DNA from: Takakia lepidozioides
Taxonomy: Eukaryota > Plantae > Bryophyta
DNA: 64,000 bases
Direction: 5' to 3'
NCBI GenBank assembly: GCA_030704615.1
Contig: CM060733.1
Location: 25,978,001 to 26,042,000, forward strand
Under the pieces are notes generated by a model that made no database searches, was not told where the DNA came from, and saw only the letters and a list, made by a program, of their open reading frames with translations. The position numbers and the translations under genes are program-made. Position 1 is the first letter of the stretch; the number at the start of each line of letters is the position of its first letter. Below are positions 26,591 to 37,183 of the stretch, piece by piece.

Positions 26591-28707
26591 AAGAAATGCA
26601 CATGTAGAAGGATAGGGTAGAGGTTGGCAGGCACAAGGATGTGCCAGCAGCTGAAGCAGAGCCGTCATGCCTTAATGAGGACTGAAATCACGATAAGAAG
26701 AAACGTCAGAAATGGCTGAGGAGGGAGATGACAAGGTGCCTTCTTGACAGGCAGACCCACCGCTTCAATGAGTATAAGACAGATAAGTTCGAAGAGTGTT
26801 GGCTTCCTTTTTTTGGCACTTAGGAATGACTGTGTGAAGTTTTTGGAACTGTCTCTTGTTTCTATAGAAAGGGACAGAAATGTGAGGAGTAGTGGGCTTT
26901 TTGAGAATGGAATGAAGGCACTGGAATTCAAACCAGGATGGTGTGGAGATGGATGCACCTGTTGTTTCACTGTCATTAGGAAAATGAGAGGGGACAGGGA
27001 TATCTCATCTCAGGGTTAGGATGGTTGCTGTTGTTGTGTTCCTTTTCCTTATTTTTTGTGTCTTCAGCCAGCAACACAAGGCGGCCCTGGATGCTAGAAC
27101 CTTGAGAAGGGATGATGTGGATGGGAAGGAAGGTCAATACTATTTTGGGGTGTGGATCTGATTTGTAGAGGTGTTCCAAACATATGAATGACTGAAGTTC
27201 GCAGTTGAGGAGAAAAAGAGAGCTGACAGGGGGTGTGATTTGAGATCTGTAGAAGGGTTGTGAAGCACCTTGGCCAAATGCATCCACTGAGAGAAGGGCA
27301 GAGCAAGGACCAGTCATTGGAGAGAGAGAGAGAGAAGGACGGAAGGGCAGATCATATCTCGTGTGACAGAGGTTGACTTCAATGATGGAAGCACTGGATG
27401 CCTGGCTAGATGTGCATTGCATTGCATTGTAGACGTGTTTGTTGTGGAAAAGTGAGGGAATCAACACACAAAGGAGAAAAAGAGAGTGAGAGAAAGAAAA
27501 AGTGAAAGAGGAAGAAAGGGTTGAGAGATGGATAAAAGGAGAGGTAAGGTCAAGAAGACATGAACCCTGAATGGTCAAACTAGTGGGCCTGCAGTCCTGG
27601 CAGATCTGAGTTGCCCATCCACCTAGACCGAGCTCTCATTACAAATTGAAAGGGGCTTCCGACGTGTTGCTGACTAAGGGAACTGCCCACAAGGGCAGTG
27701 TTTCATCACTGACATAGGGCTGATTGCATCGCTGAATACATCATGGCAGCAGGGCTGGTGCTGTATCCGCAGGTAGAGGATGTTGAGTAAAAGGTGAAAC
27801 CAAGAGTGAACGTACAACATTGGCTCCCCATCCATGTCTTCTCTCCGCTGCGGCGTGGATGAGGATTGCTTGAACTCTGATCACGAAGGAGCTGAGGAAA
27901 CCCACAGCCAAGTGACGACAGTTGGACAGACTAGAACAACGTTTCTTTCTTTTGCTCCGCTTAGAATGGAGGGGAGCACAATTAGAATTATACAGAAGGG
28001 GATTCACGCCCCTTCTTTTTCACACTACACCACGCGGACAGGGGAAGTCGGGGGCATGTCTAAAATCGAACACGTGGCCACTAGGGCGAAACACACCGCA
28101 TCGCATATATTGCAAAAGTGAGTATCATCATGCAAGAGGACAAACCGGGCCGTCAAAGTACCTACCCGATACATCAGCCAAGACTATTTGTGGGCCCATT
28201 AATGCATTCAGGGCAGGGGTAATGGAACCCTTTTCGAGTACAGAAAAGAAGGACTTTTACCACATGTGCTGTCCTACTGGACATTCCAGGTGGGAATGTC
28301 CACGGAGGGGGATAGAATTAAAAAGTTACCTAAGCAGACAACAGCCAATCAGGAGCGAGAATTACATGCAGGTGGTTCCCTCCAAGAAACAAGAACAAGA
28401 AATTGGAAGAGTTATGAGTGGAAGAGTCGGGATGGCTCCGAATAGCCTGTGTCTCAACGGGAGGGGCAATCAAAGCTATAGCTTTGTAGCTATGGGGGAT
28501 ATAACGGATTACACGCTCGCTTTACTTCTCACGCAGTGGCGCAAGGACGAATGAATTGAGAGTACATTCTCTCTCACTCGATACTTGCAAGCCCCACAGG
28601 CTTACACGCTCTTACCTGTTCCATTCTGTGTCAATCATACCTTTATGCTCTGTGTCCTACAAGCTTTCCTACAGCTATTTCAAACAAGACCTTTTTGTTT
28701 GTCTAGA

Positions 28708-29379
28708 ATGAAGAGAGTGAGGGGAATGGAGGATATCAGGGTGAAGAGCACCACGATTATGCAGAAGCAAACATTGCAGCAAGTGCAGCTGCTGAGGGAG
28801 TTGCGATTGGAGGGGCTGCTACGCAAAGACTGGTCCTTGCATCATCGGCAGTATATGATTCAATTTCTTCAGAACTTTGAGCCTAGGACGGGAGTAACCC
28901 AGGTGAGGGGAGTAGATATAGAATTTACTCCCCAGTACTTGCAACAACTGTTCGAATTGCCATCGGGTCATGTGGATGTGGATGAGCACAGGGCAAGATT
29001 GCAGATAGGGAATTTGTTCCAAGAAGGGAGTTTCTTTAAGACTCAAGGTTACGCTTGCACCAAAGCCGAGTACCCAGGGCTCAGAGAAGTTGGCCAAATC
29101 TTGAACGTTGTGTTCGTCATGAAACAGAACCAACAGTATTTGAGCAGGTCATTCACAGAGGAGATACTGAAAGCTTTGAGGGGAGAGGATGTAGCTTGGG
29201 CAGAGTTAATGTACAATGGTCTGGTGGAAGAGATGAAGAGGTTACAGGGCACTGCTGCTAAGTCTCCGATCATCGTGTCTGGCCCAGTCATTGCTCAGAT
29301 TATTCTTGACTCTTACATACTTGATGCGCGAGAACGTAAGGAGATGGGAGTGTTTGAGACAACAACCACTGCAATGGAG
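28708..29379 (+). pseudogene. Extra 3' ORF, N-terminal piece (resembles the 'putative plant transposon protein' domain of Athila/Tat extra ORFs)
   Basis: FLQNF...VRGVDIEFTPQYLQQLFELP...VAWAELMY pattern, interrupted by the MULE at the AME codons. Confidence 0.65.
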
Positions 29380-29779
29380 GAGGTTTGCTATTTCATGAGC
29401 ATGAGTGGCATGAGCGGCATGAGCAGAGTAGTAAGACAATCGGTTTTCATGAGCAGAAGTACAAATTTCGAAAATAAAAAACAATAAAAATAATTTAATG
29501 CAATGTGTCAGGAAAAACAAATATATTATTCGGCCCCTTGAAGGGAAAATTGCAATTTTGACAGTTGTGCTCATGATATTTCGTCTTCCGCTCATGCCAA
29601 TTCCCAGCGACATGTGCAAATATGGCGCCGAATTTCGCGGTAATAGGGTCCGTAACCTGAAAAAACGGCGACGTATTTCGCGGTAATAGGTCTCCCTGGC
29701 GAAAAATGGTGCCGAATTCCGCGGCTATAGGTCCCCACATGACAGGTAATTCGGCGCCATTTTTCCAGTGCATGTTCGG

Positions 29780-31579
29780 ACTTAGCCAGTTTTCGGCGCC
29801 CGTACACCCTTCGGATGGCAGCCCAATTTGCTTGTGCGTTGTCCGCCATGAAACCACGGAAATTGGGAGGGGCAATCCGCCTTGGCCATCTGTTCGTTTA
29901 TTCCCTGCCAAAGAAGCATCTCCGATTGTGTGTCCTCTCCTTTCATCTCACAAATAGCAATTGTCATTAGCATCCTGCAGTGGGTGTCGTAGACATGTGC
30001 ACCCATTGTTACCCACTGGTGATTGTAATTCGTTTGATATGGTCGAACATGACCCAACTGTTTGACAAGTTCCCACTCGTCATCCTGTCGACCAGTTCGA
30101 CGCCCGCTGCCAGGTCCCACGTGACATTTTGAATACGAAAAACGATCTGCCTCAGTCCCTTGTCCTGGAAACCTACTTCCATGAATGTAGTCATATCCAC
30201 ATCGTCGCTTCACCTCCAGAATGGACTGCATATCCGAGCCACGCCCAATTTTCTGTTTGCATGAGACAATGTGGTTTCGGACATTCGGTGAACATACGTG
30301 GGACACCGACTCCAGCAATGCCTCCATTTCCTTCTCGTCGAGAGGAACTCTATATCGGAGCCGTCTTCCGACATAATTCTGGCCAATGCCATCTTATGGG
30401 CGGCTTGGAGCTGTATCTGTTTGGGTTTGGCACCCGGTCTCAACTTAACCTCCTCCTGAACGAGCTGCTCTGCTTCGTGGGCAGCCCCCCGAGTTCCCCT
30501 CGCCAATTTGTGACAATGGGAACCCACGTGTATGCAAGCTCGGGTGAGGTCAGGGAAACGGTGCAACACATAGAACTGCTTGGCATTACAAACAGACATG
30601 CAGTGGTGGTTCTTTCTTTGCAATGTGCACACTTATGTGGAGTTCAGAACCTTCTCCTGAGCTCGAAATGGTTGATGAGCTGTGCCTGTCCAATCGGTCT
30701 CGTTCCTGTGACCTCTGGATTTAAAGTGGAAGCAAGTTGGGGAGAAACACCGCAACGCGCCCTCACAAACAACGTAGCGCACCCGCACACCATCGAGCAT
30801 CTTCATGCTGGTGGTTTTGGTAGCACCAAGGATGACCGTCATGTTTTCTATCCATATCTGTCAACATTCCGGACGCCCTCGAGTAGTCCGCCCGAGGAGG
30901 GAACTCAAAGAAGATATTACCGTCGACGTCGGCGGGAAGGCATGTAACCGATTTAATTGCAAACTTGCTGTAGTCCAGCCCGGCCAGCTCCGACCGGTGT
31001 CCCTCCAGGTGAAGCCCTCGTAGAATTTCAAGAATAGATCGAACTGCGGTGCTCGTGCTGGGAATATGACTCCCTCCTCCACTGACGTCCATTGAGCTTG
31101 CCTGATCTCCAGGACGACCTCGGAACTTCCATGACCTCGTCTGAGTCGGACAGGTTGTGAACAACCCGGTTCTCGCTCGTCTTCATGGATGGGTTCGGCT
31201 CTGGATGTACTTCGTTGCGGACTTCTCTCTTTGAGGTAGCCACTCTCTGATTCGCGGATTGTTTCGTGGAAGGCGCCAGGATAGAAGGTGCATTTGGTGG
31301 GCAAATGAAGTCCCCAACAGCCCTGTATATGACGCTGTCCGATGGTGGAACTCGCCATTCCCTGCCATCGCCGAAATCATCGTGGAGCACAACAATACTC
31401 TCGACAACAAGGCCGTTTGAGTCCTTCCTTTCCTCCTCCAAAAAAGCCGACCCCGGTTTCAGGTGGTATCGAACGCACAGATATTTCTCCATCACCCGGC
31501 AGATGTCCCCTCTGCACGGAAATGAAGCTCTATGCTCGTGAGGAGGGCAGTACACTGTAGCGCTCGGGTTCTCCGCCAT
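29780..31579 (-). pseudogene. MULE transposase with GCM/WRKY-like zinc finger; frameshifted and C-terminally truncated
   Basis: C/H cluster (CEGALRC..C; CNAKQFYVLH..RACIHVGSHCH), then WVMFDHIKR..MGAHVYD..MTIAICEMKGED and FMADNAQANWAAIRRVYG (first two catalytic Asp motifs). Confidence 0.75.
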
Positions 31580-31877
31580 GGGAGATGTGCACACAAGACT
31601 GCCAGGATGGCGTGCGGGAAGCTCCCTGGTAGAAGGGGGATGCAGCGATGGGAAGGAATGCGGTGCCGATTTGTCCAAGCGACGAAGCCTGATCCAAATC
31701 CAGGGAGCCAACTATCTCAAAATCCAGAGTCAGAGTGTTAATGAACCTTGTCTCCGGAATGCGGCCCCTGGTCTTTGCAATATAACTGCCAATGGTATGC
31801 AGTCAGAAAGTGGGGGGCCGTCCGGATGATGACGGCTGAAGGGAGAGAAGCCGGCACCGTGTCGTCACATTACTACC

Positions 31878-33520
31878 CCCGAATGGAAATTCGGCACCCA
31901 ATATCCAACAGGGGAAGCCCGGATGAAGTTGCCTCGGCGCAGAGGCCGGCGCGTGTGCGACAGAGAACATCCCCTGGATGGAGATTCGGCGCCGAATTTC
32001 CATCCGGGCCCCCCCAAAGGAAGTCGTGTCGGGGGGTCAGGCCGAAAACTGGCCGGCATAAAAACATCCCCAGATGGAAAAACGGCGCCGAATTTCCATC
32101 CGGGGCGGTTCGGATGCACTCGGGGAGGGGGAGAGGCCGCACTTGGCCGTCACATTTTCAACCCCGGACGGAAATTCGGCACCGAATATCGAATAGGGGA
32201 CGCCCGGATGAAGTCGCCTCGGGCGTAGAGGTCGGCACGTGTTCGACAGAGAGCATCCCCTGGATGGAGATTCGGCACTGAATTTCCATCCGGGCCCTCC
32301 CAAAGGAAGTCGTGTCGGGGGGTCAGACCGAAAATTGGCCGACATAAAAACCTCCCCAGATGGGAAAACGGCGCCGAATTTCAATCCGGGCCGTTCCAAT
32401 GCAGTCGGGGAGGGGGGAGAGGTCGGCACCTGGCCGTCATATTTCAACCCCCGGACGGAAATTCGGCACCGAATATCCAACAGAGCGGCGGAGAGGCCGG
32501 CATCTCTCCGACAGAGACCATCCCCCGGATGCAGGTAAGTGGAATCCCGGATGGATGGAAATCCGGCGCCGCATTTCCATCCTGCAGGTAATTCGAATCC
32601 CCGATGGATGAAATCCCGCCGAATTTCCATCCTGCAGGGAATCCCGATGGATGGAAATTCATTTCCATGCAGGTAAGTGGAATCCATGGAAATCCGGCGC
32701 CGAATTTCCATCCAGCAGGTAAGTGGAATCCCGGATGGATGAAATCCGGCGCCGAATTTCCATCCAGCAGGTAAGTCGGATCGCTGGCGTATGGATATTC
32801 GGCGCCGAATTTCCATTCACCAGGTATTTCAGCTCAGAATTACCTTCCTGCAGGTAATTCTGATCGATGAAGGTAGAAGGTAATTCCTCGCTCAGAATTA
32901 CTTGCACGAAGGTAATCCATCGATCAGAATTACCTGCAGGAAGGTAATTCATCGATCAGAATACCTGCAGGAAGGTAATTCTGAGCGATGAAATACCTGG
33001 TGAATGGAAATTCGGCCGAATATCCATACGCCAGCGATCCGACTTACCTGCTGGATGGAAATTCGGCGCCGGATTTCCATCCATCCGGGATTCGAATTAC
33101 CTGCAGGATGGAAATCGCGCCGGATTTCCATCCATCCGGGATTCGAATTACCTGCAGGATGGAAATTCGGCGCCGGATTTCCATCCATCCGGGATTCCAC
33201 TTACCTGCTGGATGGAAATTCGGCGCCGGATTTCCATCCATCCGCTCGGATTACCTGCGTGAGGGAAATTTGGCGCGCCGCCCTACCTGCGCGGATGGAA
33301 ATCCGGCCGGATTTCCATCCATCCGCTTCCGAATTACCTGCGTGAGGGAAATTTGGCGCGCCGCCCTACCGAATTTGCAGCGCCGACTTACCTGGAGGAT
33401 GGAAATCCGGCGCCGGATTTCCATCCATCCGCGCTCCGAATTACCTGCATGATAGAAATTTTGCGCGCCGAAGTACCTGGCGGATGGAAATCCGGCCCGG
33501 ATTTCCATCCATCCGCTCTT
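31878..33520. repeat. Palindrome-rich repeat array inside the MULE, including a ~700-bp inverted repeat centred near 32900
   Basis: Many variants of the 22-bp palindrome GGAAATTCGGCGCCGAATTTCC; ~290-bp tandem units at 31878-32480; 32530-32870 mirrors 32950-33240. Confidence 0.88.
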
Positions 33521-33529
33521 CGAATTACC

Positions 33530-33984
33530 TGCAAGACTGGAAAAATGGCGCCGAATTTCCGATTTTGGTGCCAGTCAGATCTGGGACTTAGCCATTTTCG
33601 GCCCCGAACTGGAAAAATGGCGCCAAAAAAAAAAAAAAAAAAAAAAAAACGCCTTTTTCCTTGTTCGGAGCTGAAAACGGCTAAGTCCCAGATCTGACTG
33701 TCACCAACATCGGAAATTCGGCGCCATTTTTCCAGTCATGGAGGTAATTCGAAGAGCGGATTGGATCCGGCGACGGATTTCCGTCCATCCGCGCTCCGAT
33801 TACCTGCATGATGGAAATTTTGCGCGCCGACCTACCTGGCGGATGGAAATCCGGTGCTGGATTTCCATCCATCTGCTCTTCGAATTACCTGCATGACTGG
33901 AAAAATGGCGCCGAATTTCCGATTTTGGTGCCAGTCAGATCTGGGACTTGGCCGCCCCGAACTGGAAAAATGGCGCCGAAAAAG

Positions 33985-34024
<40 letters not shown>

Positions 34025-35456
34025 GTTATTTTTCCAGTTCTGGGCCGAAAACAGCTAAGTCCCAGATCTGACTGGCACCAAAATCGGAAATTCGGCGCCA
34101 TTTTTCCAGTCATGGAGGTAATTCGAAGAGCGGATGGATGGAAATCCGGCGCCGGATTTCCATCCGTCCGCGCTCCGAATTACCTGCATGATGGAAATTT
34201 TGCGCGCCGACGTACCTGGCGGATGGAAATCCGACGCGGGATTTCCATTCATCCGCTCTTCGAATTACCTGCATGACTGGAAAAATGGCGCCGAATTTCC
34301 GATTTTGGTGCCAGTCAGATCTGGGACTTGGCCATTTTCGGCCCCGAACTGGAAAAATGGCCACGAAAAAAAAAACAAAAAAAAAAAAAAACGCCATTTT
34401 TCCAGTTTGAGGGCCGATAACGGCTAAGTCCCAGATCTGACTAGCACCCAAAATCGGAAATTCGTCGCCATTTTTCCAGTTGTGGGCCCAGTCAGATCTG
34501 GACTTAGCCGTTTTCGGGCCCGAACTGGAAAAATGGCGCCGAAAAAAAAAAAAAAAAAAAAAAAAAACGCCATTTTTTCCAGTTCGGGGCCGAAAACGGC
34601 TAAGTCCCAGATCTGACTGGCACCAAAATCGGAAATTCGGCGCCATTTTTCCAGTCATGGAGGTAATTCGAAGAGCGGATGGATGGAAATCCGGCGCCGG
34701 ATTTCCATCCATCCGCTCTTCGAATTACCTCCATGACGGAAATTTTGCGCGCTGACTTACCTGGCGGATGGAAATCCGACGCCGGAATTCATCCATCCAT
34801 CCGCTCTTCGAATTACCTGCATGACTGGAAAAATGGCGCCGAATTTCCGATTTTGGTGCCAGTCAGATCTGGGACTTAGCCATTTTCGGCCCCCCGAACT
34901 GGAAAAATGGCGCCGAAGAAAAAAAAAAAAACAAAAAAAAAACACCATTTTCCCAGTTCGGGCCGAAAACGGCTAAGTCCCAGATCTGACTAGCACCAAA
35001 ATCGGAAATTCGGCGCCATTTTTTCAGTCATGGAGGTAATTCGAAGAGCGGATAGATGGAAATCCGGCGCCGGATTTCCATCCATCTGCGCTCCGAATTA
35101 CCTGCATGATGGAAATTTTGCGCGCCGACCTACCTGGCGGATGGAAATCCGGCGTCGGATTTCCATCCATCCGCTCTTCGAATTACCTCCATGACTGGAA
35201 AATGGCGCCGAATTTCCGATTTTGGTGCCAGTCAGATCTAGGACTTCGCCATTTTCGGCCCCAAACTGGAAAAATGGCGCCGAAAAACCAAAAAAAAAAA
35301 ACAAAACTCCATTTTTTCAGTTCGAGGATGAAAACGGCTAAGTCCTAGATCTGACTAGCACCCAAAATCGGAAATTCGGCGCCATTTTTCCAGTTCTGGG
35401 CCCAGTCAGATCTGGGACTTAGCCATTTTCGGCCCCGAACTAGAAAAATGGCGCCG

Positions 35457-35509
<53 letters not shown>

Positions 35510-35790
35510 GTCATTTTTCTTGTTTTGGGCCCAGTCAGATCTGGGACTTAGCCATTTTCGGCCCCGAAAATGGCTAAGTCCCTACGATGGCTGGAACCGC
35601 AACTGAAAATTCGACACCATTTTTCCAGTTCCGCTTAGCCATTTTCGGGGCCGAAAATGGCTAAGTCCCTAGGGTGGCTGGCACCAAAATCGGAAATTCG
35701 GCGCCATTTTTCCAGTCATGCAGGTAATTCGAAGAGCGGATGGATGGCGCCGGATTTCCATCCGCCAGGTAGGTCGGCGCGCAAAATTTG
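33530..35790. repeat. Tandem array of long hairpins with poly(A) loops
   Basis: Seven A-tracts (~33625, 33979, 34366, 34542, 34919, 35283, 35457), most flanked by ~50-100-bp inverted arms (...cagatctgggacttagccattttcggccccgaactggaaaaatggcg [An] cgccatttttccagttcggggccgaaaacggctaagtcccagatctg...). Confidence 0.9.
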
Positions 35791-36201
35791 GGGGAGAAGA
35801 TGGGGGAGAAGATGGAGAAGATTCCTAGGAGGTGAGGTGGACAGTCCCCCAAGAGGACGGGATTTTTGAGAGGCATAGTGGAACTGATGCATCACAAAGC
35901 TCGGAGGATGAGGGGGATGAGGGGGATGAGGGGGAAGGTGGGGCAAGTTCCTCGGAGGGTGTAGGAGAGTAGTGCCCATTCCGGCTATGACAGTTAGAAC
36001 ACACTTGTATAGACGTGGCTTGCCACAAAATTTGCAATAAAATGTTGCATTTCAAGTCCACTGGTGCCACATTCCAACTTCACATGACCCTATTTCCGTG
36101 CCTCCTAACCCTATTTCCGTGGACTCACAATGGTCTGCTCATGCTTTTTTTTTTTCCGCTCATGCTCATGCCGCTCACGAAATAGCAGCCCCCCAATGGA
36201 G

Positions 36202-37183
36202 GAGTAGGGTTCTTCACATAGTGAGGGTGGACTGGCAGGGCAACACCAGTCCAAGAGACAGAAGCGGGGTATGACTGTAGTGGCGGATCCACTGGCTTCA
36301 CGGAAACCGCAAGATGATGTTTCACAAGCTCTTGTGCGGGATGGGGCACAGCAGCACAGAGGGCTGTTATTATTGGAAGCACGGCCTTCGGAGAGGGAAG
36401 AAGAAGTCACTTCGGTACCACAGCCATCACAGCCAGCCAGTTGACTCAGTTGTCTCAGAGGTTCCACAGTTAGAACATGTTGTGACACCAGAGCCTATTG
36501 CTCTGGACAGAGAAAGGTTGGACATTCCCACTACAGAGCAGGTCGTGGCAGAAATTGAAAAGGGTGACCTTCTCTATGAAAACTCTGGCTTGGTCAGGGA
36601 ATCAGTGGTACCAGAGGTGCAGAGTATGTCCAGGGAAATCCCTGCTGAGCATGTAATATCCAAACCTGTGACGGAGGTACCAGGGGTAGAATGCAAGGAC
36701 ACTGCAGCACCTGTGGAGGAAGAGGTCGTTCAGGAAGAAGATCTGGTGGGACAATGGCCTGAATGGTTGGTGCAACATCACACTGTAGAGGATCAGGGAG
36801 AACAGCAACAAGTTCACTATGAAGACCCACAGCAGGCCATGCTTATGAGTTCCATAAGCAGGACACTCAATTTGTTGGGCACTTATGTGAAATCCCATGT
36901 TCCATCTACACAATTGGCAGCTTTGAGGGAGGAACTCAAGAAGGAGTTTGAGACTAGACTTGCCACCGAGTGTGCAAACAAGGTGGATGTGGAGGCCAAC
37001 CTCAAGTTGCAAAAAGAATGGGAGGACACAAAGGCTGCCTTGCAGTTGGCTAAGGGAGATTTGATTGAAGCAGGTCTCGAGCAGGACAAGTTGCATGAAG
37101 CACATAAGCAACAATTATACCAATTGCAGGTGAAGCATGAGGGCAAGTTGCAAGAGGTGAACGTGCTACATACAGAGTTAGAG
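36202..37183 (+). pseudogene. Extra 3' ORF, middle piece (acidic/low-complexity, then coiled coil)
   Basis: E/V/P-rich region, then ALREELKKEFETRL...KLQEVNVLHTELE, ending at the inversion breakpoint. Confidence 0.7.

Larger units (their letters stand above)
29380..36193 (-). mobile_element. Mutator-like (MULE) DNA transposon, ~6.8 kb, nested in the extra ORF
   Basis: Imperfect TIRs (GAGGTTTGCTATTTCATGAGC... / ...GCTCACGAAATAGCAGCCCCC) with ATGAGC subrepeats. TSD CAATGGAG at 29372-29379 and 36194-36201. The host reading frame resumes after excision (one TAG). Confidence 0.85.

Noticed and set aside
33530-35790. CRISPR-like repeat/spacer appearance
   Set aside because: The 'spacers' are poly(A) tracts or further repeat copies; eukaryotic TE context and no cas genes.
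31800-35900. Many overlapping ORFs (MEIRRRIS.., MDGNPAPDFHP..)
   Set aside because: Products of stop-poor palindromic repeats in all six frames; no protein motif.
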